The notes under the pieces: generated by a model | Database searches by the model: none | What the model was told of the DNA's origin: nothing | Seen by the model: the letters and a program-made list of their open reading frames with translations, nothing else | Position numbers and translations under genes: made by a program | Source: a virus | Virus record (IMG/VR): IMGVR_UViG_3300032288_004815 | Location: 32,001-96,000 of that record | Strand: one strand, 5' to 3' | DNA: 64,000 nucleotides | In this document: positions 37,870 to 48,820 of the stretch, in pieces | Layout of the letters: every line of letters starts with the position of its first letter | Position numbering within the stretch: position 1 is the first letter of the stretch

Positions 37870-39770
37870 TGCAACTCCAAGGGTTTACTTTTTACTGCAT
37901 CTGGATACTTTTTGTTAAAGTTACGCATGATTATGCCAGCAACTGCATTGGCTTGATTTTCAATAGGAGTACCAGTTTCACCTGCACCCTGATACATTTT
38001 TCCATCTATAAATTGTTTAAAATGTACTAGTTCATGAGCTAATGTACGCAGTATGTCTACAGGGTGCCTGTCTGCTATGCTTATATATATTTTAACTTCA
38101 TCATTGACAAAACGACCGAAAGTTGCTTGACCGTCATGTGTTTCAACATGTTTTTGAATTATGATTTGCGGTAATTTTTTAAGGTTCAGTTGTTCTGCGG
38201 CCATTGGCAAAAAGTCTGACAGCATTTGTATAATTTCTTCTTTACTGATGCTGTTATTTTGATCTTCACTTACAGATTTACTTTTTGTACTATGACCTGC
38301 TTGTCTTGCACGACGACCAGCACAGTGAGCTCGCTGGCTGAAACCTTTGGGATTATTGCAGTTGATGGCTTGTTTATATTTTTTTGTCCATTTTTCTTCA
38401 AGTTCTTCTTCGCCATGGCCTAACTGTGCTGCTGCCTGTTGTTGAGGACTTTTTAGGCCAGGTGGTGTAACCATAGGCAATTTGCCAGTCAGTGTGGGTT
38501 GTTGTTCCGTTACTGCTGCAATGCCAGTCCCGATGCCAGCACTGGCCAAAGTATATTTAATAGTATCTATCCAACTTTTTCCATTGACACGACTGACCAT
38601 TGTTGGAATAACTGTGTTTAACACAGCCTGTAACAACATGTTAGTTTGTGTAGGATTTAAATTCATTTGCTGGGCACTGGCCAGTAAGCCACCGGCTAAT
38701 AATGCACCCACAGTGGTAATAATGCCACCTTGCAGATAAGGATTCTTTTGTCCTTTTTTAAGAATGTCTAATACTTTAGGCTTAATGTCTGAATCTGCAC
38801 GAGCAAGTAATTGTTTAGCTTGATTAGTATAGTTGTCAACGGGCTGAGCTTGAATATTGCCTACTTGGTTCTTGTAAAAGTCTAAAGCAGCCAATGCAAG
38901 CTTATTGCTGTCTTCGTCTTCAGCTAATCTAAAAGCTTTGAGATTTTTTTCTATTGCACCTGGTCTAACATCTTTTGTAAGACTGTTACTATATCTTGGA
39001 TCTTTTGCCTGTCGTTTGCTAGCAATAACACCAACTCCACCCATTTCTTCTAATCTGCCTGGAATAGGACTGCTGGTGTCTGAACTTACACCTACAATAT
39101 CTTCAGTGGCGCTCTGTGGAATTTTATCGTAAATAGCTGCAATTTCTGCGCTAGGTCTTCGATACATTTGACCTAAAAATTCTTGTCTTGATTTTTGATC
39201 ATTTCTAATTGCGTTCCATAAATTACGGCATTCGGTGCCATGACTTACATCATATTCTTTGCCTTTTATTGTTATTGATTTTCGAACTTCGGGAATAACA
39301 ATAACATAACCGTGCTTGTCTGCTGTTACAGGTTTTGGATCAATACCCCAAGTTTTGTAATAACCGGGACTTCCTGCAGGTTTAATTATATTACCTTGTT
39401 CGTCCTTTTGATCTCTTTTGGTTACACTGTCTGGGCGCAGTCTATCAGCATCCGGCCCGCCTACAGCAGCGATAAACACAGTGTTTGCTGGATCAATGCC
39501 ATCAGGTAACACATACATTTTGTTAGCTTCAACAATGTGATTTCCAGCGATACCTGCTGCTGTGATCAATTGATACTTGTCAGCAAAATTAAAAGGACTT
39601 TTAGCACTGCTGGTATCATTGCTAGTGACAATAAAAACATTGTCTGCACCAAATTTCTTTTGTAACTGTGCAAAAACTTCCGCGTGTCCTTGATGAAAAG
39701 GCTGAAAACGGCCTGGATAAGTTACAATAACACGGGGTTTGTTTTGTTCGTATAATTCGTGTGCAAACAT
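37866..39770 (-). CDS. Nucleotidyltransferase-like/HEXXH modular protein (mirror copy)
   Basis: Identical to 13897..15801. Confidence 0.75.
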   Translation of the reverse strand: MFAHELYEQNKPRVIVTYPGRFQPFHQGHAEVFAQLQKKFGADNVFIVTSNDTSSAKSPFNFADKYQLITAAGIAGNHIVEANKMYVLPDGIDPANTVFIAAVGGPDADRLRPDSVTKRDQKDEQGNIIKPAGSPGYYKTWGIDPKPVTADKHGYVIVIPEVRKSITIKGKEYDVSHGTECRNLWNAIRNDQKSRQEFLGQMYRRPSAEIAAIYDKIPQSATEDIVGVSSDTSSPIPGRLEEMGGVGVIASKRQAKDPRYSNSLTKDVRPGAIEKNLKAFRLAEDEDSNKLALAALDFYKNQVGNIQAQPVDNYTNQAKQLLARADSDIKPKVLDILKKGQKNPYLQGGIITTVGALLAGGLLASAQQMNLNPTQTNMLLQAVLNTVIPTMVSRVNGKSWIDTIKYTLASAGIGTGIAAVTEQQPTLTGKLPMVTPPGLKSPQQQAAAQLGHGEEELEEKWTKKYKQAINCNNPKGFSQRAHCAGRRARQAGHSTKSKSVSEDQNNSISKEEIIQMLSDFLPMAAEQLNLKKLPQIIIQKHVETHDGQATFGRFVNDEVKIYISIADRHPVDILRTLAHELVHFKQFIDGKMYQGAGETGTPIENQANAVAGIIMRNFNKKYPDAVKSKPLELQ

Positions 39771-39800
39771 ACTGTATTAAATCTAATACAGTATTTAGCT

Positions 39801-40244
39801 TTACATGTTTTCTAACAACCAAAGATAAAATGGGCTTGAAAACTTCAATTTATAGCTGCCATTCCATCCTAAATTAACACAGTTTTTCAGCAAGGGTCTA
39901 TCTGCGTCGTCTGCTATAAATTCACTGGCTGACCATTTAAGTGCAGCAATGTCTATTTCGTCAATTTCAATCTTGTCAATGTTCAACAAAAGATCTTTAA
40001 CAATTGCTGTTTGACTTTCATTTTCAACAGTGTCACTGTTTTTTTTATTTTCTAGTCTTATTTCCAGTATATGTTCTTTGTCTTCATCTACATCAGTTGT
40101 AAACTCAACTGTTATGGGTTCTTTAGTAGCTGAACCTTGAGCAAATAACACTGAGTCAAGCAACACACTGTAAGCAGGCACTTTGTCCCAGTAAGTGCCG
40201 CTTAAAGTTATTTTAAAATTCAGTGTTTCCTTAGGCTGATTCAT
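39801..40244 (-). CDS. Hypothetical protein (mirror copy)
   Basis: Identical to 13423..13866. Confidence 0.75.
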   Translation of the reverse strand: MNQPKETLNFKITLSGTYWDKVPAYSVLLDSVLFAQGSATKEPITVEFTTDVDEDKEHILEIRLENKKNSDTVENESQTAIVKDLLLNIDKIEIDEIDIAALKWSASEFIADDADRPLLKNCVNLGWNGSYKLKFSSPFYLWLLENM

Positions 40245-41166
40245 TTACTGCCACTTTGGCCGTTCCCAGTGCCTTTTGCGCTGCGGCCTTTTGTGCTTCT
40301 ATTGCAGCCTGGCCTTCAGGACTGTTAGCATCAACTCGCTTGAGACCTTTGCGCTCTAGTGCTGCCAAATCACCCTTGAATTCATAATGTCCAATATGAT
40401 TCAATAGCACACGGCTGTCAGCCCAAATATCGCCGCCCATGGCCTGCCAGCGACGACAGAAAGTCCAGTCTTCGCTGAGATAGTGACCACGCTCATCGAT
40501 TACAGTGTCAAAAATACTGTACATAAACGGTTCAAACTGCTTGCCCAGGCCAATGTCGTCTACATACTTGCACTCTGGGTGAGCCTTGATCAGCTGTTCA
40601 TACACTGACTTTCTGAACAATAAGAAACCTGTGCCCTGTGTGTCTACTTGGAAAATAGGTCCCTCAATGCGACCACCGTTCTTCAAATTGATAACATAGT
40701 CAATGGGTAATGATTTTTTAGGATACAGACCACCAATAACATCTTTGTCTGCTGCAATCATGCCAAAAATAGCTTCGGGTTCAAATCTAATATCAGCATC
40801 AATAAACATAAAATGTGTAGCAGCCGCATTAGTCATCATTTTAGCACATAAGTTATTTCTTGCTCTTGTGACCAATGATTCATTGACCATAGTGTCCAAG
40901 CTCCAGTTTAGTCCTACTCGCTGTGCCAATAGTGTAAAACGCAAGAAGCTGGTCATAGTAGGTTCACTGACCATACCGCCATAACAGGGTACTGCAAAGT
41001 GTACATGTACCTTACTAAAATCAAATTGATTACCTTGTGGCATCTGAGGAGCAGTTTTTGCCAAATCAGGCACAGGCATAATGGCTTTAGTAAGTTTAGG
41101 AACTGGGGTTGAAGTTTCAGTGGGGGTAATTTCTTTAGCTTCGACTGTTTTGTTTGAATCGCTCAT
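40231..41166 (-). CDS. GT-A glycosyltransferase (mirror copy)
   Basis: Identical to 12501..13436. Confidence 0.8.
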   Translation of the reverse strand: MSDSNKTVEAKEITPTETSTPVPKLTKAIMPVPDLAKTAPQMPQGNQFDFSKVHVHFAVPCYGGMVSEPTMTSFLRFTLLAQRVGLNWSLDTMVNESLVTRARNNLCAKMMTNAAATHFMFIDADIRFEPEAIFGMIAADKDVIGGLYPKKSLPIDYVINLKNGGRIEGPIFQVDTQGTGFLLFRKSVYEQLIKAHPECKYVDDIGLGKQFEPFMYSIFDTVIDERGHYLSEDWTFCRRWQAMGGDIWADSRVLLNHIGHYEFKGDLAALERKGLKRVDANSPEGQAAIEAQKAAAQKALGTAKVAVNESA

Positions 41167-41189
41167 GAGTTTCTTTCTTAAGTGGTTGA

Positions 41190-41354
41190 TTATGCTAAGT
41201 TAACTTCGACAACAACACTGTTGCCTAGTAATTCTTCTGCTACAGATGCCAGAGCATCTGCAACTTCTTGTGAAATTACCAACTTGTCTGCTTGGTCGTT
41301 TTTGACTAGTTTACTAACGGTAATTACAATATTTTGTTCTTGAATTTTGGCCAT
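41190..41354 (-). CDS. Small hypothetical protein (mirror copy)
   Basis: Mirror of 12313..12477. Confidence 0.75.
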   Translation of the reverse strand: MAKIQEQNIVITVSKLVKNDQADKLVISQEVADALASVAEELLGNSVVVEVNLA

Positions 41355-41380
41355 AGTGCAGTCCTTGAATTTTAAATTAT

Positions 41381-42115
41381 TTATGGTTTTATATATACCT
41401 GTTTAAAAATTCCTGCAATGATACCTGGGGCCATTAATGTTAGAAAAGTGGCAATTTGACTATCTTTAGCATAAAGATAACAGTTTGTAAACCATAATTT
41501 TCTTGTGGTAAAATTATGTAAAGTTGCTGCGGGGATCTTTACTTCGCTGCCTAAATTTGTTAAGTACTGACCAATACTTATTCGTATGTCGTTGGTTAGA
41601 TTTATCCCCTCACGAAGATAAATTTTGTATTCATACTCCGGCAGCCGTGAAACAACAATTTGATTTGATTCCAAGGCCAATTTTGCTAAATTATTATTAG
41701 GTCTATATATTTCACGCAGTGCTGTGCTGTCTTGAGCAACTAAATCATAAATTAATTGTTCATTGTTACTGTATAACTGTATTAAAGGTTCTTCAATTCT
41801 ATACCTAAGTTGATCCTTGTGTTTTACAAAATTTTGTTTCCAATACATCAATTGATCTACTCGTGCATGTTCATATTGTTTTCGTCTATTAGAATAAGCC
41901 CAAGTTCCAGGATTGCCAAAACGAATAAAATTTGATTTTCTAGCAGCAATTTGTGCTTCGATTATCATACTGTCATCGTTGTCGTCTCTGACTATTTGAC
42001 CCATAGGTACATACAGCACAGCCTTGTACAAATATCGGCTGTAAAAAATTTTTTTTGTATCCTTGACCTTACAGGTTGGATTTAACTTCGTCCAAGACAA
42101 CATATCCATTTTCAT
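41381..42115 (-). CDS. Hypothetical protein (mirror copy)
   Basis: Identical to 11552..12286. Confidence 0.75.
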   Translation of the reverse strand: MKMDMLSWTKLNPTCKVKDTKKIFYSRYLYKAVLYVPMGQIVRDDNDDSMIIEAQIAARKSNFIRFGNPGTWAYSNRRKQYEHARVDQLMYWKQNFVKHKDQLRYRIEEPLIQLYSNNEQLIYDLVAQDSTALREIYRPNNNLAKLALESNQIVVSRLPEYEYKIYLREGINLTNDIRISIGQYLTNLGSEVKIPAATLHNFTTRKLWFTNCYLYAKDSQIATFLTLMAPGIIAGIFKQVYIKP

Positions 42116-44363
42116 CTATTGCTTTGTTAGTGGGATAAAGAATGTATTCATTTTCTCTTACATCAAAATCAAATTGTTGGTCAATAAAATCAATGATCAC
42201 TGTACAATTTTGCAGATTTTCAAATAAAATCTTTTTACTTAACGGTGTTTTAATTAATTCATTGATTTTACGAGCCAAGGGTCTTGCACCCATTTTGCTG
42301 TCGTAGCCTTTTTCAATAATTTCATCCACTGCACTGGATCTGAGTTTAATAGTGATGTGCTTGTCGCTGAGCAAATCGTTAATTTCTTTAACAAACTTAT
42401 CAACAATTTTTTCAATATGATTTTTGTTCAATTTATTGAATTTGACAACACCATCTAATCTATTTCTAAACTCAGGTTTAAAAAAATCTTTTACTGCTTG
42501 ATCATCTTCGCCTTGGCGTTCGAGACTGGTAAATCCAATACTATTGCGTTCGCTGTCTTGAGCACCTAAGTTACTGGTAAGAATAACAATGCTGTTTCTG
42601 CAATCAGCTTTTTTACCGTTACTGCTGGTTATCACACCCTCGTCCATTAAACTCAACAAAAGGTTGCTGACATCCGGGTGTGCTTTTTCAATTTCATCAA
42701 ATAATATAATACAGTTGGGATTCTTTTCAACTTCGCTGATCAATAAGCCGCCGCCGAGATTTCCATCATCATAGCCAACATATCCGGGGGGAGCTCCGAT
42801 CAGCTTGGCCACTGAATGTTTTTCTTGATATTCACTCATGTCATATCTCAACAGCTTCATGCCAAGATTTTCTGCCAACAATTTTGCCAGTTCTGTTTTA
42901 CCAGTGCCTGTGGGTCCTAAGAATAAAAAGCTGCCCACAGGTTTATTCAGCGACTTTAGTCCTGCACGGCTGACATAAATTTTATCTAATACATTTTCCA
43001 CAGCAAAGTCTTGGCCAAACAACCTTGTTTTAATATTTGGTTCAAGATTTTCTAGATTTTTTGTAGTTTCATTATCCAATTGATAAACTGGTATCTTGGT
43101 AAATTTACTTAGACTGTCAATAATATGACTTTTACGCAGTACAAAATTAGGAGCAACAAGTTTTAATCTTGCCATGCTGGCATCAATTAGATCAATGGCT
43201 TTGTCGGGCAATCTCTTATCTGTTTGAAACCTTACGCTGAGATCCACTGCGGCGTCAATGGCTTCGTTGCTTACAGAACCGTTATGAAATTCTTCAAAGT
43301 AATCTTTAAGTCCGTGCAATATTTCTTTGGCCACAACGGGTGTGGGCTCTTCAACTGTCATACGATAAAAACGACGCATTAGCGCACGATCTTTTTCAAA
43401 GCTTTGACTGTATTCTTCCCAAGTTGTGGAAGCTATGACTTTAATATTACTTTTAGTAAGCGCAGGTTTAATCATGTTGCTAAAATCTAAACTACTGCTG
43501 CTACCTGACCCAGCCCCACGCATTGTATGTGCTTCATCAATGAACAAAATACATTTTTCTTTTGTGGCCAAGGCCTTCATTACATCTTTGAATTTTTCTT
43601 CAAATTCACCCCGATATTTACTGCCTGCTAACAGACTTCCAATATCTAAATTATACACTGTGTGATTCAATAGATATTCAGGTACTTCTTGCTCAATGAT
43701 TTTTCTTGCCAGTCCTTCGGCTATGGCTGTTTTACCTACACCGGGATCGCCTACCATTAAAATGTTAGACTTGTTTCGTTTGGCCAACACTTCTACAATT
43801 TCTTGTATTTCTGAATCTCTACCAATAACAGGATCAATGTTGCCTTTTTGTGCTTTGACATTCAAGTTATCGCAGTATTCGTTTAGAATAGCTTCGATTT
43901 GATTATTGGGTTTTCTCTTGTGTGTTTTGGTAAAACTTTTATTCCAAAAGTTAATAATTTTGTCTTTTTCAAAACCGTACTTTGTTAGAAAATAAACAGC
44001 ATGACTGGCTTCTTCATCAAGAATGCTCAAGAATAGATCAATCACTTGTAGATTGTTTCTACCACTAAACAATACCTGTGTAAACGCTCTATTAAAAACT
44101 CTTTCCAGTGTTCTTGTTTTCTTTGGAGTACCAGTTTTGTTTTTGTTGACTAAAATTTCTGTTTGTTGATCTAGATAGTTTTGAAGATCCCGGGTCAACG
44201 CATCGACATCTGCTCCATAGTCTCGACAAAATTGTCCGAAAGATTCATCAGTGACCATGGCCAAAGCCAAATGCTCTAATGTAAAATACTGATGATTTTT
44301 ATCAGCGGCAATTTTTGTTGCTGCTAAAATAAGTTTATCAATTTCTGGACCTGATTCAAGCAT
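42069..44363 (-). CDS. clpA: ClpA-like AAA+ chaperone (mirror copy)
   Basis: Identical to 9304..11598. Confidence 0.92.
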   Translation of the reverse strand: MLESGPEIDKLILAATKIAADKNHQYFTLEHLALAMVTDESFGQFCRDYGADVDALTRDLQNYLDQQTEILVNKNKTGTPKKTRTLERVFNRAFTQVLFSGRNNLQVIDLFLSILDEEASHAVYFLTKYGFEKDKIINFWNKSFTKTHKRKPNNQIEAILNEYCDNLNVKAQKGNIDPVIGRDSEIQEIVEVLAKRNKSNILMVGDPGVGKTAIAEGLARKIIEQEVPEYLLNHTVYNLDIGSLLAGSKYRGEFEEKFKDVMKALATKEKCILFIDEAHTMRGAGSGSSSSLDFSNMIKPALTKSNIKVIASTTWEEYSQSFEKDRALMRRFYRMTVEEPTPVVAKEILHGLKDYFEEFHNGSVSNEAIDAAVDLSVRFQTDKRLPDKAIDLIDASMARLKLVAPNFVLRKSHIIDSLSKFTKIPVYQLDNETTKNLENLEPNIKTRLFGQDFAVENVLDKIYVSRAGLKSLNKPVGSFLFLGPTGTGKTELAKLLAENLGMKLLRYDMSEYQEKHSVAKLIGAPPGYVGYDDGNLGGGLLISEVEKNPNCIILFDEIEKAHPDVSNLLLSLMDEGVITSSNGKKADCRNSIVILTSNLGAQDSERNSIGFTSLERQGEDDQAVKDFFKPEFRNRLDGVVKFNKLNKNHIEKIVDKFVKEINDLLSDKHITIKLRSSAVDEIIEKGYDSKMGARPLARKINELIKTPLSKKILFENLQNCTVIIDFIDQQFDFDVRENEYILYPTNKAIDENGYVVLDEVKSNL

Positions 44364-44371
44364 AAAAATAT

Positions 44372-45202
44372 TTATGAATTGTAGTTTAGTTTACGAATTT
44401 GTTCAAGATCGTTGTCATCGAGATCAGTTGGAATAGTAATTTTAATTTTGATGTACAAATTACCCTTGATATCTTTTTGAAATGCAGGTAACCCTTCTCC
44501 AGCAATTTTTAATTTAGTGTCTGGTTGACAACCTGGAGGTGTTTTAATCAAAAATTGTTTTCCGTCTAATCCCAAAACTGTTTGCTCACTGCCTATTATA
44601 GCTTGAAAACAATTAACAGTCAAGGTTGTTGAAAGATCTAGACCACTTACTTCAAACTGTGTGTTATTGTTTACATGCACAGTAATATACAGATCGCCTC
44701 GCTGAAGATTGGTAAACATATTGTCGCCCAATCCGGGATATTTCATTGTAGTGCCAGAGGTAATGCCGGCCGGAATAGTAATGTCCACGGTGTGTATTTG
44801 ATCATTACTGGTTTTGATTCTTAATGTCTTGCTTTGACTTATCAGTGTATCAACCAAAAACATGTGAATGTCGGCGCGAATATCTTTGTTGCGCCGTTCG
44901 GGCTGTCTAAAATTTGGGTGATTGGCAAAAGGATTTCCAAAACCAAATCTGTTGAAAATTTCGTCTAAATTAAAGTTCTGCCCATCACCAAAATTAAAGT
45001 GTACACTGTTTTGTCTTGGATTATCATATTCTGCTTTTTTTTGAGGATCGCTTAATACTCTGTATGCTTCTTCTACTTCTTGAAATTTACCCGTATCTCC
45101 GCCTTTGTCAGGGTGATGCTGACTGGCTAATTTTCTATATGCTCTTTTTATTTCCTCAGGCGTAGCAGTTCTTTGTATGCCCAAAGTGTCATAATGACTC
45201 AT
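44372..45202 (-). CDS. dnaJ: DnaJ-class co-chaperone (mirror copy)
   Basis: Identical to 8465..9295. Confidence 0.92.
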   Translation of the reverse strand: MSHYDTLGIQRTATPEEIKRAYRKLASQHHPDKGGDTGKFQEVEEAYRVLSDPQKKAEYDNPRQNSVHFNFGDGQNFNLDEIFNRFGFGNPFANHPNFRQPERRNKDIRADIHMFLVDTLISQSKTLRIKTSNDQIHTVDITIPAGITSGTTMKYPGLGDNMFTNLQRGDLYITVHVNNNTQFEVSGLDLSTTLTVNCFQAIIGSEQTVLGLDGKQFLIKTPPGCQPDTKLKIAGEGLPAFQKDIKGNLYIKIKITIPTDLDDNDLEQIRKLNYNS

Positions 45203-45213
45203 ATTATAATTGT

Positions 45214-45248
45214 AAAAGAAAAACCGGACAGAGTCAACAGTCCGGTTT
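45214..45248 (-). terminator. Rho-independent terminator (mirror copy)
   Basis: Mirror of 8419..8453. Confidence 0.75.
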
Positions 45249-45262
45249 ATCAGCCCAGTCTA

Positions 45263-45481
45263 TTATTTTTTCTTGTTGTCAGGCACTTTTTCGCCTTCAA
45301 CTTTTTTATGCACTTTTATTTTTGTACATTTTTGAACTGGTTTGCCTTTAGCATCTTTCATTGGTTTACCATCTTTACCAATTACTTCTTTACAAACTTC
45401 TTTCACTTGTGCTTCGGCTTGTGCGGTGCTAGCTAAACCTAACCCAACTGCCAAACTTAGAATAATTGCATATAATTTCAT
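45263..45481 (-). CDS. Small secreted protein (mirror copy)
   Basis: Identical to 8186..8404. Confidence 0.75.
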   Translation of the reverse strand: MKLYAIILSLAVGLGLASTAQAEAQVKEVCKEVIGKDGKPMKDAKGKPVQKCTKIKVHKKVEGEKVPDNKKK

Positions 45482-45637
45482 AATATATTCCTTTGTGTAA
45501 ATTATTAGAACCTTTGTAATTACTTATCTTTTGTATCCTTACGAAGATACGCCTCTAAAGCTGCTTGTACTAAGGCTGCTCGATACTGATCAGACAAATA
45601 ATCGTTAGTTTTTTCTTGAGTAACTGGTGTTTGCGCT

Positions 45638-45934
45638 TTAGGGTTTATAAGTTGAGGACAAGCTGGATGACTGTTCATTTTGCATTCCTTGTATTTTTTC
45701 TTGACCACGACTCCATGCAGCTACCCCTAAAACTGCACCCATTGCAACATGAAATAAACCTGCACCTTGTAGCGTCAATGGATCCCATTGATTAGTAACT
45801 TCACCTTTGTAATAAGCCTGTAAAATTGACCAAAGTATTGGAAACACAGCGAAATCTAAAAAACAGATAATCATATACATCCAACCCATCATTGGACGCC
45901 ATTTTTTTTCGGTCCAATGTTCTGTTTTGTTCAT
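45638..45934 (-). CDS. Putative holin (mirror copy)
   Basis: Identical to 7733..8029. Confidence 0.7.
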   Translation of the reverse strand: MNKTEHWTEKKWRPMMGWMYMIICFLDFAVFPILWSILQAYYKGEVTNQWDPLTLQGAGLFHVAMGAVLGVAAWSRGQEKIQGMQNEQSSSLSSTYKP

Positions 45935-46119
45935 ACCACTGACATAGCCACATTACAGCATTGAACAATATATCTAAAAAGTTCTTCGTTGCCAGCACAT
46001 TCTTGTGCAGCACGAATGTCTCGTATTTCTGTTAAAAGATAATTTCTTTCTTCTGCACCAATATTACCAAGTTTATATTGTTCATCAATTAATTGTATTT
46101 CATCTACCAACTTTGTCAT
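45931..46119 (-). CDS. Small hypothetical protein (mirror copy)
   Basis: Mirror of 7548..7736. Confidence 0.65.
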   Translation of the reverse strand: MTKLVDEIQLIDEQYKLGNIGAEERNYLLTEIRDIRAAQECAGNEELFRYIVQCCNVAMSVV

Positions 46120-46484
46120 TATCGTCCCTTCCAAGCAGAAAATGCTGCTTCAATTCTTTGTTTGCCTGTTCTTTTGCCTAAGTCGCAAAACACTGGATTA
46201 GTGTTTGAACTTAGCTTTTCTATATGATTATTAAGACCTTTTATATTTTCTTTTTGTGGATCATCACGCAGTGCTGCATACCTATCTAATTTTTTAACAT
46301 GATAATGTACTTTTGACCAATCTGGTTTCTTACAATCTACTGCATCTAATTCTTGTTCAACAACTACCAGTGTGTCAAACATCACAGGGTCATGATTTCG
46401 TGGCCAGTATGTTTTCACCACTGCTATAACGCTACAGGCAGACAGTGAAAAACTTAAACCTAATATAATTAAAAGTCTTTTCAT
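46119..46484 (-). CDS. Lipoprotein (mirror copy)
   Basis: Identical to 7183..7548. Confidence 0.7.
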   Translation of the reverse strand: MKRLLIILGLSFSLSACSVIAVVKTYWPRNHDPVMFDTLVVVEQELDAVDCKKPDWSKVHYHVKKLDRYAALRDDPQKENIKGLNNHIEKLSSNTNPVFCDLGKRTGKQRIEAAFSAWKGR

Positions 46485-46783
46485 TTGTGAGTACTTTCAT
46501 AAATTGTTTTTTGTATATTATACCATTCTATCCACGCATCAACCTTAACTGCACATTCGTAATATCTACTGTAGTTAATGTTTATAGTTTTTGCAATATC
46601 ACTGAGTTTAGCATCATTGCCTAACTTGTCTAAGTCTGGACAGGCTTGCATTGCTATACTAGGGGCTTCGGGCCATTTTTGTTTGACAGGTGGAGTAGAA
46701 CAACCCGCACAAGTGGCCAGTATAACCAAAAGAAAGATTGTTGATAGAAAAATTGTACTTTTTCGATTTTGATCATGGTCCAT
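46481..46783 (-). CDS. Putative o-spanin (mirror copy)
   Basis: Identical to 6884..7186. Confidence 0.65.
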   Translation of the reverse strand: MDHDQNRKSTIFLSTIFLLVILATCAGCSTPPVKQKWPEAPSIAMQACPDLDKLGNDAKLSDIAKTININYSRYYECAVKVDAWIEWYNIQKTIYESTHK

Positions 46784-47271
46784 TATTTTTTATCCTTGAC
46801 TGCGGGAGATTCTGCAGAACGATTGTGCAGTAGAATAAATTCTTTTGGAATTTCACATTCGCCCCCAGGCACAAATTTTGTGTCGAATTTAACAATTTCT
46901 TTTACAATTTCTTTTTCAATTATTTCTGCTTTGTCTTTTATTACTTTTGTTTTTGTCACAACTTTAGTTTCAATTTTGCCTGTGGCTTCGGCAGCTTGCT
47001 TTTCCGCAATTTTTACTTTTTCTTCCGCTGCTGCAACTTTTGCACGCCATTGCGCTTCAGTGTGATAACTACCTTTAAAATAGACACCGCCAAGCAACAT
47101 GGCAGCACTGACTATCTGTAAAACATGATAATAAGGCGACAGTCCAGGCCAAAAACTTAATATCCTGTTAATAATAAAAAAGCTTAAAAATGTTAAGATT
47201 GCGCCCGTGATTAACATGGCATTTACTGCCATTTCTAACCAAGCGTCGGGTACAAAACTTAAAAAAAACAT
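46783..47271 (-). CDS. Putative i-spanin (mirror copy)
   Basis: Identical to 6396..6884. Confidence 0.65.
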   Translation of the reverse strand: MFFLSFVPDAWLEMAVNAMLITGAILTFLSFFIINRILSFWPGLSPYYHVLQIVSAAMLLGGVYFKGSYHTEAQWRAKVAAAEEKVKIAEKQAAEATGKIETKVVTKTKVIKDKAEIIEKEIVKEIVKFDTKFVPGGECEIPKEFILLHNRSAESPAVKDKK

Positions 47272-47903
47272 CAGCTGTTAAACACTTCCATTGCATGTTT
47301 GTAATGTTTGATGCGATCTTCTAAACCTAAGGTGCCACCATTAATGCGTTTGGTCAGTGTAAGTATATCACCTTTATCTGCCCAAGTGTTTAGATTATTT
47401 GCTTCCCAAAACCAAGCTGCTGATTGTACACAACCTTCAAAGGTTGTTAAATGTTCTGCTGCTTCTTCAACGCTAATTTCTAAGCTTTCTGCATAACGAG
47501 TATAATTGTCTTTGCCAGTAAGCTGAATAAGGCCTTTGCCACGATAACGCCAACCGTCGCCAGATTCTTCAGGACCATTGCCCATTCTATTTCCGTAAGC
47601 ACGGTTAGCAATCATTTCAGGTTTATTTGCATATCTTGCAGCAGTTTCGTCGTCGGGAAAATATTTAGGCCATACTCGGCGTAGACTAGCTGCTTTGTAA
47701 TTTAAGTTTTCTGTGATAAACTTAAATCCCCCACTTTCGTGTGCTGTTTGTGCCACAAACGCTGCTACACGGGGAATAGTATGAATTTCATAATCGGGCA
47801 GTATTTTGCAAAATGCGCTATACCATTGCTGAATGTATGGGTTACCATGTACACATTCATTAAGTTTATCTACTGTGAAATCAAAATCGAATCCATTGGC
47901 CAT
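47271..47903 (-). CDS. GH19 endolysin (mirror copy)
   Basis: Identical to 5764..6396. Confidence 0.93.
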   Translation of the reverse strand: MANGFDFDFTVDKLNECVHGNPYIQQWYSAFCKILPDYEIHTIPRVAAFVAQTAHESGGFKFITENLNYKAASLRRVWPKYFPDDETAARYANKPEMIANRAYGNRMGNGPEESGDGWRYRGKGLIQLTGKDNYTRYAESLEISVEEAAEHLTTFEGCVQSAAWFWEANNLNTWADKGDILTLTKRINGGTLGLEDRIKHYKHAMEVFNS

Positions 47904-47920
47904 AAAAACTCCTCGAAATA

Positions 47921-48820
47921 TTATCTCAAAGTATTTAGCTTTTGGACTATTGCATCATCTTTGGTCAGTAAGTTTTTGTTCTGCAAAAAATCTACCCAAA
48001 TATCAAATTGTTCATTGGATAAATTAGGGTAAGCTCTTTCTTGTACACTGGCAGTTAGTAAATTAGATTGTTTTGTACAACTCCATGTTTTATCAAAATC
48101 TTTTACTTGAAAATCTGCTAAATTGAAAATACTGTAGTATTGATTGTCGGTGTATAAGTCATCAAATTTGCCATATTTGTAAAGCACAAAACCAGTATAC
48201 AGCATAAATTCTGTTAACTCATTGGGACTCTTAACATTTTGACAAAAGAAGTTAAAAAAATCTGGAATTTCACTGATCATAGAGTTTACTGTGGTTGTGT
48301 GAAACATAAAAGGCACCCCGCCTGGTCCTAGCACTTGAGGGCAAGAAATTTGAAAATATTCTTCTATAAAATACTGTGCGGATAGAAAAGCATTAATTGT
48401 TGGCAAATGTTTAAAATTTACTCGTCCCAACTGGTCAAATAAACTGTTCCAGTCTAACTTTTGTACAAAACAAGTTTTACTGTCTAAACACAGGCTCCAG
48501 TTTGATTTGGCTTGATTAGCCAGTAATAATTTATAAAGTTGTTGACTTCTCCAACCATCTAAACTAGGATCGGACCCAAAATTGCTACGGGCAATAATTT
48601 TTACTTTTGTTTTATTTTCGCCCCACCAGTCTAGGTTTATATCTGTACAATAATGATCTTCATCATTTACACATATGTAAATATTGCCAATGCGTTCCTG
48701 TGGAAAGTATAAGGAAATTGATCTAGCTTGAAGTTCTAATAGAAAAATGTCATTGCGATATGCAACTACAATTATATCAATTACTTCAGGCCTGCTGCTA
48801 CTCGTAAGTGCTCTGTCCAT
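47921..48820 (-). CDS. Putative glycosyltransferase (mirror copy)
   Basis: Identical to 4847..5746. Confidence 0.5.
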   Translation of the reverse strand: MDRALTSSSRPEVIDIIVVAYRNDIFLLELQARSISLYFPQERIGNIYICVNDEDHYCTDINLDWWGENKTKVKIIARSNFGSDPSLDGWRSQQLYKLLLANQAKSNWSLCLDSKTCFVQKLDWNSLFDQLGRVNFKHLPTINAFLSAQYFIEEYFQISCPQVLGPGGVPFMFHTTTVNSMISEIPDFFNFFCQNVKSPNELTEFMLYTGFVLYKYGKFDDLYTDNQYYSIFNLADFQVKDFDKTWSCTKQSNLLTASVQERAYPNLSNEQFDIWVDFLQNKNLLTKDDAIVQKLNTLR